Shown here in pieces: positions 40,790 through 56,167 of a stretch of DNA of 64,000 nucleotides. Origin of the DNA: the human T2T-CHM13v2.0 reference genome, Homo sapiens. The position numbers and the translations under genes are program-made. The DNA is taken from assembly GCF_009914755.1 (NCBI RefSeq), contig NC_060930.1; one strand, written 5' to 3'. Position 1 is the stretch's first letter. Each line of letters starts with the position of its first letter. The notes below the pieces were generated by a model, which worked only from the letters and a program-made list of their open reading frames with translations, did no database searches and was not told the origin of the DNA.

Positions 40790-41686
40790 TAATGGTGTGC
40801 TGGAACGTGTTTAACTGTGGGCTCTCTGAGGGGAAAAAGCGTGATTATCCATAAGTACGTAAGTTTATTATACATTTTGCTGTTATGAAAGATGTGGAAC
40901 ATGCAATTTATAATAACGATAAAATATATAACACTCTTTGTTATAAATTCCATAGAACCAATAGATTCTCACAGCATGGTCTTGTTGATTTTTGTTGAAT
41001 TCTTGTAACTACCTGGTTGCAATTGCTGAATGAGTGTAGTTCTGATATAAATGTTGAATGATATTTTCTTGTATGTTAATGTATTAGACAAAAGTGAAAC
41101 CACGAAGACATAGGTTGAAACCTCACTCATTCATCAACGACATGAGTGACTTCTTTTCTAAATCAAATACTGGGAGAATATTTCCTCAAATTTTCATGTT
41201 ATTCACAATGTAACAGCCACAGACACAGACGTGGCACTCTTTTGAGTTTAATCTTCATTATGAACATTCCCCATCACTTTAAGTCTAGACAAGCAACAAA
41301 ACAATAAATCAAGACCTGATTCCCAGCACTTGCCAATTTACATCCATGGTGTAAATATTCTCACCATGACAGATTTCAAGCTAACACTGTGATGTCACAG
41401 AACTCAGTTAGAAAGACATGTGTAGCCACACATTCTTATATAATTTTCTACTATGCAGATATAATAGATGTAAATAACCTCAAGAGAATAGATGATAATA
41501 TAATGTAGTAAAATAATGGAAACGATATGTTCTTAGCATTTATTACCTTTTCTTTTAATATAACTTATTTAAGTGTGTATAATTTAACTTTTAATAATGT
41601 CTATACTTAACAGCTTCTCAGAAAATTTCTGAAAATTTAGAATCAGCTCTTGTGAGCTGATAGAAGCAACCTCCAGCGTGTCACTA
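40790..41686 (+). mobile_element. MER63-family (hAT-Blackjack) non-autonomous DNA transposon
   Basis: Ends taatggtgtgctggaacgtgtttaac...ggctctc and aatcagctcttgtgagctg...ctccagcgtgtcacta resemble MER63 termini and form degenerate TIRs; AT-rich interior. Confidence 0.75.
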
Positions 41687-42443
41687 GCAGAAGATCAATG
41701 GGATGGTGCTTAGCCTGGCTTTACTCTTCTCAGTGTATACCCAAGGCCACTAGACTGAGGAGGCCAGGACGATGGCTATTTGGGTAAGAAGGCATGGGCC
41801 GAACTCATGCTGAGGGATGGGGTAAATTTAAGAACAAGAATTAGATCCCATGTAGTAGGTAACTAAAGATATTTCGGGGTGCAGTTTCCAAATACTATAG
41901 AAAATAGTTTTAAATATCAGACTGTCAAGAAAATGGAAAGGAAACAAGGGGAGAAGAAGAAAGAGAAATAAGAAGGAGAAAACCTGATTAAATAGTAAAC
42001 GCTTTTTACTAAAAACATAATTTGCTGACACAGAACTTAGGCCTGCTTTTGCGGAAGCTGCCTGACCCATCGCTCCTGCAGCCTCCCACAGGCGCGCACT
42101 GTGGTGGACATGGGGCGGGGCCCCTTGGGTATTCCCTGTTTGAGGACCTGACCTCTTACTTCTTTGGAAGGAGAGGATGAGATTACCAGAGCTTTGGATC
42201 CATTTTTGGATCAAATGAAAACCGCAGGCTAATCCTTAATGCGTCCCTCTCCTCTTACAGATGCTGGCCTCACCCTAGGGGCGGGGCATCAGATGCCTCA
42301 CAGTCCCAGCCCGAGGAGGAGGCCGAAAGTCACATGCTGCCCCTGAGGTCTGGGACGGCCTCTCCTTCCCCCTCAGCCGAACTCAGTGCCCTGGGGAACC
42401 CATTTTTCCTGACTCAGCTCCAGTACCACCTCCTTTGTGAAGC

Positions 42444-42843
42444 TGCCTAGTCTTTTTCTGTTGCTGTAACTGCATACCTGAGACTAGGTAATTTAAAAGC
42501 TAAAAAAAAAAATTATTTCTGACAGTTCTGGAGGCTGGGAAGTCCAAGGTCTAGGAGCACATTTGGTGAGGGCCTTCTTGCTGATGGGGCCTCTCTGCAG
42601 AGTCCTGAGGCGACCCAGGGCATCACATGGAGAGGGGCCTCATCAGAGAGAGCCAATTTGGCCTTTTGTAACAGACTGGCTCTTGCGATAACTGACCTAC
42701 TCCTGTGATGACCATTAGTCCATTCATGAGGGCAGAGCGCTCACCACCCAATCAGCTCTCAAAGGCCACACCTCACAGTGCTGTTATATTGGGGCATGAA
42801 TTTCAACATGGGTTTTGAGGAGACAAACATTGGAATGGTAGCA
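42444..42843 (-). mobile_element. MaLR LTR (MLT1A/MST-like)
   Basis: cagttctggaggctgggaagtccaagg; ggtgagggccttcttgct; cattcatgagggcagagc; tttcaacatg. Confidence 0.8.
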
Positions 42844-43034
42844 GAAGAGATGATGCCCCCAGGCAGTCACCCACTCTCTCCTCCTTTCCCTCACAGCATT
42901 TGTAAGTTACTGGACCTTTTTATTCACTTGTCTATCTTCTCAACAAGACTGTGGGCTCTTCAAGAGAAAAGACCTCTTGTCAGTGCCTGGTGCATAATAG
43001 GTCTCAATAGATCTTAGGCCCTGCATCACTTTAA

Positions 43035-43190
43035 TGATTCTCAAATACGTGTGCATAAGAATTACTTGAAGAATGGGTTAAATTGCAGATCCCCAGACCT
43101 CAGATTAGTGATCTTATAATCTGCATCTTTTAATAAGACTGTGTGATTCTGAGGCATTCATGTTCACAAACCACACTTCGAGAAATACAA
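43035..43190. mobile_element. MER5-family hAT-Charlie MITE
   Basis: ttctcaaa...gcataagaattac...aatctgcatcttttaataag...gtgattctgagg...accacacttcgagaaa. Confidence 0.65.
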
Positions 43191-43429
43191 ATTTGTTCAA
43201 ACATTTTATAGGTGGGGAAACAGAGGGCTGGAGATTAATTAACAGAGGGCTGCTTTCAGACTCTTGACTACTCAATGTAATGGGAGATCCTGGTGCTTTC
43301 AGATAGAACTATCTTAAATTTTTATTAATCTAATTAAGCTCATCACAGTCACAGTGATGATCATTGTTTGGAATATTAACAATGCCTTGAACGAAAATCA
43401 TTGAATACCACATTTTAAAATAATAACAA

Positions 43430-43738
<309 letters not shown>

Positions 43739-45981
43739 TAGTAACAAGACTCTCTACTATTTAGTTAGATCCCTTTTCTCAAAGCGTAGGCATGCAGACA
43801 CGGGGCACCCTCTCCCTCTGCTGCCATTAGTGTCTCCTTAGAATTTGAATTGTTTTTCCACTGACAACAGAACAAGTCCCTAGGGTGATTTATGCCTCCA
43901 AGGTGTCATTTGCCTCAATGGCTGTCCCCAGAGGCTGTTTGCCACAAGCTCTATTTCCAGCAGGGTGTCCTCTGACCCCTCTGACACCCACACTTTATGG
44001 TGGCAGATATAGGGCCCCAAAGTAGAACAATGTTCAGGCGTCTGGCTCATGCCCGCTTTTATGAGCAAAACCTTATTTCACCTGCCAGTCTTTTGGTGAG
44101 CATTGTGTGTGCTGGTTCCTGCCTTGGGCAGCAGGTGCCACCTAGAGGGCCCTGTGACTGCCACCGTGGCTTGGCAGGGGCTGGGCAGCCTGGGTCCTGA
44201 GGAAACTCAGCGGACATCCACTGAGGGTCACACAGGCCCCTAAGCAGCCCTGACACTAAGCCACCCTGAAGCCCTGGGCGTCCGAGGAGGGGGCTGTCGG
44301 GGAACCCGGGAAGAACAATAGGAGGTGGGCCTGGTTCCTAGCACTCAGCCACCTTGCTTGACGTAATTCTGAGAGGAAATGGGCAAGAACTCTGTTTGTC
44401 GGCCACAAGGTGTCAGCAGCGGGCTGGCCAGGGGATGGCTCTGCGAGCAGGCCCAGGAGGAGCCGCAGCACGCTGAGAGGGTGTTGCTGGTTGCTCTTTG
44501 AAGTTCCTAGTTTGCAGAGACTGCTTTTCTTATTAGTGGGGGCCTGATGATTACGATACCAAAAGACCCCTCTCTGCCTTGCCTGCGGACCAGCCACATG
44601 CCTCTCTCTGCTTTCAGTTGGGTAAAATTGCCGCCGCCGGACACCTCAACCAAGCCTGAACTGCAGCTTGAAGAGCTGGATGCAGGTGGAGATTTGGGGA
44701 TAACACCACACAAAGCAATGATGTAGGAGGTGTATGAAGACGGAGTAGTTCAGGACACTCCTTTTTAAAAAATTGGATATGAGTTCTGGCTTGCCTGCGC
44801 GCTAGGTGTGAATTTGAAGTCTGGGTTTGCATCCCCATCTGTAAAATAGCATGTTTCCCATCTTTCAAACGACGATATCCACAGGCTTCTTATGTGGGTC
44901 AAATGAGATCAGGTAATTTGCAAACTATGAGGTACTATACACACGTGGGTGCGATTGTTGGGGCTTATCTTTTGGCCCAAGCTGTGTCCTAGAGCTTCCT
45001 TCTGACTAGAGGAACAGACACTGAAGCACAAACGGATGGCTGACTCTTCCGAGCGGGTCATGTGCAGTCTCCGTGTGAGCTGCCAGCCATCAAGTTCCGA
45101 TCCAGCCTGATAGAGTCATCTTCCAACTAGATTCTTCCTGGATGCCTTTGCATGGCTCGTGTCCAACTGGAAAGCTGGCAGTGGATGCTCGCTCTTCCCT
45201 CTTCACTGAGCCCGCTTTTCCATACTGGAAGAAGATGAAACACACATTTCAGAATGTAAGTTTTTCCTGCCGGACACTATCCCCCCTGGAGTGATGGAGA
45301 AAAATATTAGATGAAGTCAGGGGATAACTGAGTAACATACTGATTTATAAACTCATGGAATCAAATGAAAGTGTTTTTTCCACTGGTGGGGTTATTTATT
45401 ATGTCCTGGCTGGACAGATCCCAGAGAGGAAGAGGCTTTGGTCCCTGAGCAATAGAAGTAGCAGGAACCAATTTTCTCCATTGCTCTGCTTTAAAAAAAA
45501 AAAAAATAGAACTCACCTGGCTTTGAAATTCATCCCACTCATCACCTTTGGAGTGAGTGGGGACTAAGGCACAGGCCCCATCATGCTGGGATGTTGGCAA
45601 AGAAGAGATGAGGCTGCTGCTACTGGTCATTGCTCTGTGGAGCTTTTCATGTGGCCTGTTTCTTGGTGGAAATAAACTACCTGGAAAGTATATTATGAAA
45701 AACTCTGATGGGATTTTGATTGTAATTTTACTGTTTATATTAATTTGTGGAAAAGTGTCATCTTTGTGATATAAAGTTTTTCCATCCATGAACATGGTGT
45801 ATCTTTCCGTTTATTCGATTTCTTTTTTGTATGTTTCAAAGAAACCTTTTAAGTTTCTGTGTAAAGGCTTTGGGCATCTTATGTTCGATTAATTTCTAGA
45901 TAAATTATAAGCTTTTTCATGCTATTGTAATGGAATCTTTAAAAATACATTTTGTTATTGTTGCTGTTATGTAGGTAAATA

Positions 45982-45983
<2 letters not shown>

Positions 45984-46030
<47 letters not shown>
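45984..46030. repeat. (TG)~23 microsatellite
   Basis: Uninterrupted TG run. Confidence 0.97.
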
Positions 46031-46031
<1 letters not shown>

Positions 46032-46872
46032 GATAGAAATTGACTGAAGCCTTATCAGTTCTAATGGTTTGTTTATTGTTTTGGATTTTCTGTGTAAACA
46101 ATGATATTGAATAATGCACATTTCAGCTTTTCCTTTTTAATCCTGATATATTTTGTTTCTTTTTGTTTTGTTACACTGTCAGTTAGCATCTTGAGGTCAT
46201 CCTACTTGTCCTGACTTCAAGGGAAATTTTTTGGCATAAATGTTTTATTTTTAAATAATTTTAAATTTATTTTAAGAACTTGCAAAGATAGTACTTAGAG
46301 TTGCCATAGACCCCTCACCCAGTGTCCTCCATTGTTAACAATTATAGAACATGGTACCCATGTCAAAACTAAGAAACCAAAACTGATGTATCAATATTCA
46401 CTAAACTCTAGAGTTTATTCAGATTTCACTAGTTCTTCCGCTAATGTTCCTTTTCTGCCCCAGGATCCCATCTAGGATATCCCATTCTGTTTAGTCATCA
46501 TATCTTCTTAGTCTCCCCTGGTCTATGACAGTTTTTCCTTCTTTCTTTTTCATGACCTTGACACTTTTGAGGCATATTGGTTAGGTATTTTATGGAATGT
46601 TTCTCAATTTTGAGTTTGCCTGATGTTTTTCTCATGAATAGAATGTGTTTATGGTTTTTTGGGAATAATATCAGAGCAGTGTCCTTCTTATCATGTTGTA
46701 TCCAAGAGTACATGCTGTCAACATGAAGCATCACTGGTGAAGTTAACCTTAGTCACCCGACTAAGGCAATGTTTGCCAGAGTTTTCCATAGGAAAGTTAC
46801 CTCCCCTATGCCCTTTCCATTCACAATTGCAACCCATCCTTAAGTGGGAGAAGGGGGAAAGGGGAGAGGGAT

Positions 46873-47235
46873 TGTATTAGTCTGTTCTCACGCTGCTACG
46901 AAGAAATACCCAAGACTGGGTAATTTATAAAGAAAAGAGGTTTAATGGACTTGCAGTTCTGCATGACTGGGGAGGCCTCAGGAAACTTACAATCACATGG
47001 CAGAAGGCACCTTTTCACAGGGTGGCAGGATGGAGTGAGTGCTGAGCAAAGGGGGAAAAGCCCCTTATAAAACCATCAGATCTCGTGAGAACTCACTTAC
47101 TCTCACAAGAACAGCATGGGGGTAATCACTCCCATGATTCAATTACCTCCACTGCATCCCTCCCGCTACACTTGGGGATTATGGAAACTTCAATTCAAAA
47201 TGAGATTTGGGTGGGGACACGGCCAAACCATATCG
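46873..47235 (-). mobile_element. THE1/MST MaLR solo LTR
   Basis: tgtattagtctgttctcacgctgct...aaaccatcagatctcgtgagaactcac...tgagatttgggtggggacacggccaaaccatatc. Confidence 0.92.
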
Positions 47236-48789
47236 GTGAGGATTAAGTTTCACCTCCTAGAGGATGGAGTATGTTCATATGCTGTATTATCTGGAATCCT
47301 TCTGTAAGAAAGACTTGTCTTTCCTATTTATCTGTCCATTTGCTTATTCAATCAGTTATTTATATCAGTATGGACTCATGTATTTTCTTATACTCTGGCT
47401 TATAGTATGTTATTTATTTTCTTGCTCAAATTCTTCCAGTTTGGGCATTGGAGCTCTTTCAGGTTGGCTCTGGTGTCCCTTTGACATGCCCCTATACTTT
47501 TATTTTTTGGCATCTTCTTACTTTCTGGCTATATAACAAGATCCGCACTCATTTTATATTTTCCCTGCCCTAGACCTAGAATCAGCCATTTCTCCAAGGA
47601 GCTCTGGTTCCTTTTATTGGAGAATGGAATTTGGAAACCAAGATCTCGGTGATTTGTGTGCTCCTTACAACTGGGATATCACTGTTTCTAGTCTTCTCAG
47701 CAGACAGAACTAAGAATATATGTATATATACTAGCTCATGTATGCACATACCTATAATTATGTCTGAATCTAGCCATTTGCATCTTTATTAATCTCAACA
47801 TGAGCTCAACTGGATTACAATGTCTCCGATTGTAATCCAGTACAACATGGTTCATTCTAGACTTCCTCCTTTATTAACTGTAATTTTCCTCTCTAACAGG
47901 AAGAAACCTAGCTTCCACCATCTACCATCTGCTTACTTATAAAGACAGTAGTTTTAAGGTTCTGTCATTAAGTTTGATGAAGATTTTTGTTAGCTATCCT
48001 TACCAGGTTAAGGAGGTTTCCTTCTATTGCTATTTTGTTTTAAAAAATTAACCTTGAATTATTAAATCATATATTTTAGTCAGTCGTCTATTGAGATGAT
48101 AATATAACATGTCAAAATGACAATATGAAATGTTAAATTATTTGTATCCCTGGGTCAAATCCAACTCGGTCATAGAACTCTTTTTTATTAGATTGAAGTA
48201 CATGAATTTGCTGTCTTTTTGTACATCAAAAATTGGCAATCAAATACATTGCTGAATTCTGTTTGCTAGTGATTTGTTTAGGATTTTTGTGTATATGTTC
48301 ATAAGAGATTAGCTTATTATTTTCCTGTCACTCACTGTTTTTCTGCCCCTGAAATTCAAGGGCTTGCTCTTCAGAAGCCAGGATATCTTTTAATTATCAC
48401 TACGCAAGGTTATAAGCATGAAGGTCATTGCCTTTAGAAAGAAAGGAGATGAGTAAAAGAACAGAGAAACAAGGAGAGGGAGGGGTGACAGAGCTGGAGA
48501 GGAGGAGGAGTTTTGGCTAGTTCCAGATGAACTCCCACCCCCGCTCCGCCTACCATACAGCTGGAAGTAGCTCTGTCATCTTACTCTAGAGGCCCTCCCC
48601 TCACCTCACATGCAATCCACACACATCCTTAGAATGGGGCAGGAGGAGAAGACAAACTTCACTGGAGCTGCTTCTATACTGTTTTCCTAACAGACTTGTG
48701 GCAGAATAGAGCTCCTGTCGTATGTGCACTGGGTGGACTTTTGTTTTTGTTTGCCCAGCCTTCCTTTCTTCTCTCCTTAGATGACAGCA

Positions 48790-49255
48790 CACTTTATTCC
48801 TTTAGAGAATTGCTCCTCCATGCCTGTGTCCTAGATTCTGATGAGGCCTCCTTCCCTGTACCCTGCCCCATCCCTCAGCTACAAAAATGGGCACATGGCC
48901 CAGGCTTGGCCAATTATTCCTTGGCTTTAATGACTGGTCCTCATGGTGGACAGGAGGCTCAAGTTGGTCCAATCAGAGTTCTTTCAAGACGGTGAATGCG
49001 CTCCCTTTCTTTCCTTGCAGATCCTGAGCTGGAGCAAGGTAAGTCTGGAACTGCCTACTGCCAGTTTTCCTTTCTTTGGTCCTACCCTCTGGAGGGAGTT
49101 ATTTGAGGAAAGGCAGAATGAGATCAACACAAAGAGAGAAGCGGAGATGCAAACTGCAGGTATACTTTGAGTCTCCAGATCCACGCTATTCATTCCAATT
49201 AGATAAGCTATAAATAACTCCCCTTTTTTGCTTAAGCTACTTCGAGTTGGGCCAC
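48790..49255 (+). mobile_element. Old MaLR LTR (MLT1J/K-like) fragment
   Basis: ggtccaatcagagttctt; aataactccccttttttgcttaagctacttcgagttggg. Confidence 0.55.
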
Positions 49256-49814
49256 CTGACAGATTTGTATCTGCTGAATCAGGTCAGGACTGAGGGAGTT
49301 TGTGCTGCCTCTGTGTTCTCAGTTTACTAATCTCACCTACAGCGTGACACAGCTGTGGCTGTTGGTAGTGATGGCTCAAACCAGCTATCCTCATTCACTG
49401 GTGGGCAGGAAGCAGGTGGGACCCCTTAAAAGAGACCCCAGCCCAGTTAGTATAAAGAAACCTCAAGGTTCTGTACTATGATAGTGATGAACACCTCAAC
49501 TGATGGAAAGTGACACTGTAAAATCAGCACACATGGGAGGGGGTATGTAGACGTTGGTGTCCTTTTATTTATTGCCTGGTGAGCTTAGAAAAGGATAATA
49601 TCTTAAAGGGGGTTCTCCGTCAAAATAAGCCATTGTAGCTGAGAGTTATTTAATAAGGGAATAGGGAAGGGAGGTCTACTTTTCAGTAAGGGAGAGCCTT
49701 GTTTGCACATGATGTCCCTGTCCTTCTTCCCACCAGAAGGGCAGTCACGCTGGAGGACAGCTGGATTTAACGTCCAAGCGTACATGCTCTGTGCAGGAGA
49801 ATGATGTGATCTAA

Positions 49815-50259
<445 letters not shown>

Positions 50260-50737
50260 TTAAAGAACAAAGTTTTAAAGAAATATCTTAATTTTTCTGA
50301 TAAAAAAAGTACAAGCAATTCTTTTAAAATTCAATAAAAATTAAGAAAGCAAAGATCATTTAAAATTCTATCACTCAGAGATAAGCACTATTTATATTTT
50401 GGTGTATTTCTCCCATATATATTTCTATCAAACGGCAAGATTAGAAGCTGACTCCAGACCAGAATTAGGGTCTTTTGATGCCTTTAAGGATATTTGTTTT
50501 TTATTTATTATGACATTTTAAAATATAATTATAGAAAATAATGTGATAAAAAGCCGTGGACCCAAAGCCCACATATAACAAAATTTAGCATTTACTCTGT
50601 TTACTTTGGATGACTTTTTGTTTTAAAAAACACAATACTGCAGATTGTTTGATCCCTCACGCCCACCCCATACTCTTCCCTGATCCCATTTTTCTTTCCT
50701 GGCGTTAACCATAATCCTGAAGTTGGGAGTATCTTTC

Positions 50738-51006
50738 TGTATTATGGTTCTCCAGAGAAAAAGAACTGATAGGACATATATATATTTGCAGAGGTGCAGA
50801 AAAAAAGGAGTAAAGCCCTTCTTCCTCTACTCTTTGTTCTATTCAGGCCCTTAATGGATTGGGTGGTGCCCACTCACACTGGGGAGGACCATCTGATTCA
50901 AGTGCTGATCTCATCTGGAAACACTGGCACAGACATACCCAGAAATCATGATTAATCTGGGCACCCCATGGCCCAGTCAGGTTGACATATAAAATTAACC
51001 ATCACA
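50738..51006 (-). mobile_element. MLT2 (ERVL) LTR, internally deleted
   Basis: tgtattatggttctccagaga...gttgacatataaaattaaccatcaca termini. Confidence 0.85.
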
Positions 51007-51020
51007 CTTTTTTACATGTG

Positions 51021-51262
51021 GTTTTGTTGTTGTTGTTTTTAGAGACAGGGTCTTACTCCGTTTTCCAGGTTGGAGCGCAGTCGTGCAATCATGGCTCACT
51101 GCAGCCTTGAACTCCTAGGCTCAAGCGATCCTCTTGCCTCATCCTCTCGAGGAGCTAGGACCACAGGTATGCGCCACCACATCCAGCTAATTTTTTAAAA
51201 GTTTTTTGTAGAGACAGGGTCTTGCTCTGTCACCCCAGCTGGTGTCAAGCTCCTAGTCTCTC
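51021..51262 (-). mobile_element. AluJ, 5'-truncated
   Basis: atcatggctcactgcagccttgaactcctaggctcaagcgatcc. Confidence 0.9.
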
Positions 51263-51264
51263 TC

Positions 51265-51690
51265 ATACATGTTTTTATATTTTTCTATGTATGTATGCAT
51301 ACTTAAACAATACAACGTATCATTTTTTGCCTTTAAAAAATTTTTAAACAAATTATATTAATATGTGTGTCTTCTTCTAAAACTTTCTTTTTTGTACTCA
51401 CCTTTATATCTCTGACATTTATGCATGCGATACATCTATTATCATTTAGTTACTGTATACTACCATTGAATGAATATATCAGAGTTCATTTATCCATTCC
51501 TTTGTGAATAGACTTTTAGGTTGTTCTATGTTTTGCTATTTCGAACAATGTTACCATGGACATATTTGTCCTCACCTTGTGAACACCTGTGAGAATTTCT
51601 GGAGGCGGAATTTTGAGGTGGGAGTACAGGCGCATCTTCGACTTTTTATTAAATATTGCCACATTGTTTTCTAAAACATTTGTTATACTC
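51265..51690 (-). mobile_element. L1ME-like 3' fragment
   Basis: accattgaatgaatata...tttatccattc...ttttgctatt...attgccacattgttttctaaa. Confidence 0.7.
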
Positions 51691-51914
51691 TGCAATGAAT
51701 TCAGGTTATGGCCACAAGATCTACACATTCTCCTTGGTTTTTGGCTGGAGCAGCTCTCACCACCACTTGTGCTATTGTTTTGGGGCCAGTTGGCCACTGC
51801 TGCCTCCACTGTTGCCATGAAACAGCAGCCTGCTTGTAAGCATAAAGTCACAGTGCTCATGGTAGAATATTTGTAAAGGTGGCTGCAATGACCCCTTTCA
51901 TTGCCATGTGCATG

Positions 51915-52420
51915 CCGCATTACAGTATGCCTACTCTACTCCCATCAAGATGTGTATTTCCCTTCTCCTTGAATCTGGGCTGGCCTTGTAACTTCTTTGA
52001 CCAACAGAATGTGTGGAAATGACCTTGTGTGACTTCTGAGTCTCAGCTTCAAGACATCTTGCAGCCTCTTGTCTCCTCATCTTGGAATGCAATGCTGCCA
52101 TGTTAGAAAGCCTCCAAGAGGGTGAATCATCATATGAAGAGAAGCAACCATGAAGGATGACCCTATGATGAGATGGTGCCATCAGGAAGCACCAAGTGCC
52201 CAACATGTCACTGTGGCCATCTTGGACCATTCAACCCCAAGTAAGCCACTAGATGACTGCAGCCATGTAGGTAACCCCTGGAAAGATCAACAGAAGAACC
52301 ACTAAGCTGAGCCCAGTCCATATTGCTCGCCTGTAGTATTATAAGCAAATAAAATGGTTGTTGTTTTCAGCCGTTGAGTTTTGGGAGTGGTTTGTTCCAC
52401 AGCAATAGACAACTGATGCA
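51915..52420 (+). mobile_element. MLT1F/G-like MaLR LTR
   Basis: ccttgaatctgggctggccttgtaact...aaataaaatggttgttgtttt...gtttgttccacagcaatagacaactga. Confidence 0.8.
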
Positions 52421-52682
52421 ATGCCTCTCCTCAATTCCTGTGCCATAGATCTCTTGCCTCTCATTTGCTGGCATGGGACTTTCCTTTTACTATGGAGATT
52501 CAAGATACTATGGGATCCATCTGGTATTCATACACACACAAATCCAGGAATGGCAACTAGCAAACTATGACCAGTTGGAGATGGGAATTAGAGGAAAATC
52601 CTTCTGTCTGCCTCTCCTGAGAGGTACTATTTGAGAGTGGGTAGTCCCATATGGTCTCTCTGAAGACATCCTGCAGGACTGA

Positions 52683-53144
<462 letters not shown>

Positions 53145-53369
53145 TAGGGAACCTGGAAAAAGATAGTTTTAAGAGTGGCCTTAGAAAGCAGACCTTCAAG
53201 ATGGGATTTGGAGTTGAATTGCCCACTAGTCTAAAGGTGGAGGGCCCCCATTGCTGGTGGCAAGTGGACTGGTAACAACCCCTGATGTGCGTTGGCATCA
53301 CTATCACCAGGCTTTTGCCTGTAGTTAATTGTGATGAAGTACAAGTAGAAGATGAGGCATTCGGAGATG

Positions 53370-53553
53370 CCAATAGTTTCTAAATTGCTGTACATTAAAA
53401 TCATGGGGAGAGCTTTAAAAAAAATCCCCTTGCCTAGGTTTCATCCCAAACTAATTAAATCAAAGTGTCTATGGGTGAAGGCCAGGTGACAGTAAGTACT
53501 TTTTAAAAAATCTCCAGGTGATTCTTATATGCAGCAAATTTGGGGACCACTGG
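53370..53553. mobile_element. MER5A-like MITE
   Basis: caatagtttctaaa...aaatca...ctccaggtgattcttatatgcagc...gggaccactg. Confidence 0.75.
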
Positions 53554-55227
53554 ACTATGTATTGACTATGGCTCTTGACTGGTGGAATGTGGTGATCCTA
53601 ATTATAAGGATTGTAGTAGGTACAAGCTGCTTTTGATGACATTGGAATACTTGACAAAAAAATTCAAAACAGCTTATTGCTAACTTACAGCATTCTGGGA
53701 AAGCCAGAGAGCCTCTATGGGAGCCCCTAACTTCTGCATCTGTAGAACAAACTGCTGAAAATCAGGCCCAGGATCTGATAATAATAGTAGCAGAGCTGCA
53801 AAGCATACTGAATTTGCATGGTTGGGTCTCCTATGTCAAATTCACAGTTCTAAAGGTGAAAGAGTGGTACCCTGAGACTAGGGATAGGGACAGTATGTTG
53901 GAAATGCCTAAGAATCTCTAGCCACCAATCCTCCATAATTCTCCAAGCCAGCAGAAGCAGGCCTCTCTTATTTAATACAGGAAAACAGCTTCCCTTTGCT
54001 TGGAGATGATGTAAAGACTTCCTCTGAAGCCTCACAAGATGGTGTATGTACTCTTCAAGATCTGCCTCACCCACACTCCCAATCGCCGTTGCCTCTAGGC
54101 CATTAGCTAGGGTCAGTTCTCAGCATAGCCAAATGAGGAACTATAGTCCCTGCCTCAGGATGGAAGTGCTGCATGCCAAGGCATTGCAAGACCTGGTTAG
54201 TCTGTTGGCAGAAACAACAGAAGCACATGTGAAAGTGGATTTTGGGAGGATGGACAGAGGAAGGTGGACCATAAGGTTGGCTATAAAAGACTTCATTGAC
54301 ATGGGTCCCACATCTGTGCCTTAGGATTCGATATTCTAACAAGGATGTTGAGCCTAATAGTTTGCTTGAAATTTAGATACAATGGTAGTCTGCAGTAAAA
54401 GGTGGGCAAGTCCACTGCTACTGCACATGGCATATACAGGTATATCTGCCTGCTGAGAAGGTGTTTTATCCATGGCTTTCTTCAGGTGGCCAAAATAAAA
54501 TCTCTGTCCATTTTTGTTCTTGGGGTCTCAGTAGCTTTTCAGAGGCTTATATCCTGAGTCTCTCAAAGAAGTAAAAGAGGTCCACCTAGACAGAGGAGTG
54601 GGCCTGTGAGAGTCCATTCTTGACTAAAGCAGAGGCCTGATCACATTTTTGTCTTCTGGATAGGTTTTCTGCAGATACCTAAGGCATGCATACATGCTGG
54701 AGGTGTTTTGGGAAACCAGCATTGGCATCAAGTTGGAAAAAGAATGGCAAAGGGACTTCTAACCATCTGACTGTCATCAGGATCCATGTAACTCCCTAGG
54801 TTTGACCCCCTTCCCCATCTGTGATCACCAGTTGCAGAGCTGAACATTATGCAGGTCATCAGTGAAGCTAATGGTCACTGATTTGGGAAGTGATCGACTC
54901 GTTTAAATAATCTAGTCTCCAGGTTTCTCTCTGGTCACTCTGCCAACTGCCTTTTAGATTGCTTGATAGCCAGGAGCTCCTCTGCCAGAAGGTAAGTAGG
55001 AGTGTCCAGCGGAGGTGAGGTTCAAAGCAGTCGGCCCACCTGCTCCCAAGAGGGCTGGTCAGGCAAAAGGTGAAGGAAGTGAAGATGGAGAATGTATCCT
55101 TTGCTTAACCTTGAGTTTCCTCCTCTGAAGTTTAGGTTTGCCTGTGCATTAATTTACCCCACCCTCCATGCTCATTCCTATAGATAATAACCATAACAGC
55201 ACTATTATCAGCTAAACTTCATATGTA

Positions 55228-55568
55228 CAGTGGTAGAGATGACTAGATGCTCACCAATCCCGTTTTTTTTTCTGCCTGCATACCCAGGAAGACAATTATA
55301 TTTTTCAGCTTCCCTTGTAATTAGATTGGGTTCAGGTCAATGCAGGTAGAGTGATGTATGCAGTTTGCAGGCTTGGTATAGTTCCCTCTGAGCAATCCTT
55401 CTTTTCTCTCTTTTCCTCCCATGGCAACTGCCATGGTATCTTCTTCAAGGAGAACACTTGGACCCACATTGGGCTTTGGTATAAATGAAACACAAGTATT
55501 ATGTTAAGCTGCTGATATTTTGGGTTGTTTGTTATGGTAGCTTGCTTTACTTATCATGACTAATACAA
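55228..55568 (+). mobile_element. Old MaLR LTR (MLT1J-like)
   Basis: cagcttcccttgtaattagattggg; gttaagctgctgatattttgggttgtttgttatggtagc...gactaataca. Confidence 0.6.
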
Positions 55569-56167
55569 GTGATTATGCTATGACAGATATTAGACATGCA
55601 TGAACTCATTAAATGCTTAGAACAATCCTATGAGATAGGCCTACTACTAGCACCCCTGTTCTACAAATGAGGATGCAAAGATGTGGAATAACTTGTCCAA
55701 AGACTCGCAGCTAGGAAATGACAGGGTCAGGCATCAAATTCTTGTAGTCTGGCTCCCAAATCCCCATGTTTGGCCTTCCTGCTGCATTCATTACTGGGAA
55801 CTGACTACTGCAGGATCCTGTGGATGAGGCAGATCATAGCAAGAGGATTATAAAAGAAAAGTTATAAGAGCTACTAAAATATTATCTTTGTCCCAGTGAC
55901 TCCAATTTCTTAAGACTGGGCTCAACTCTAAGCTGTGCACCCCATACACCTCACTACAGGAGTAAGGTAGTCTCAATGAAAGACATCTTGTCTTTCTTTC
56001 CTCTCCTTGTCCTATCCAGTCCCATGTGCAGTAGGCTGGAGGGTGGCCTAGCCTACTCTACTTCCTCTTAGATGTGTGAATCTGGGCAGCAGGTTAACTG
56101 AGTAACCAAGTGAGGACCAGTTCAGAAGGGAAAGCTGGCCTGAATCTTGATCCAGAAAGGGAAGCCT

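Larger units (their letters stand above)
45660..48340 (-). mobile_element. Old L1M fragments (L1MC/L1ME-like), nested and interrupted by a MaLR LTR
   Basis: tgggattttgattg, tccatccatgaacatggt, ctagaatcagccatttctccaaggagctctggttccttttattggagaatgg, gtttccttctatt, atatgttcataagagatt are typical antisense L1 segments. Confidence 0.75.
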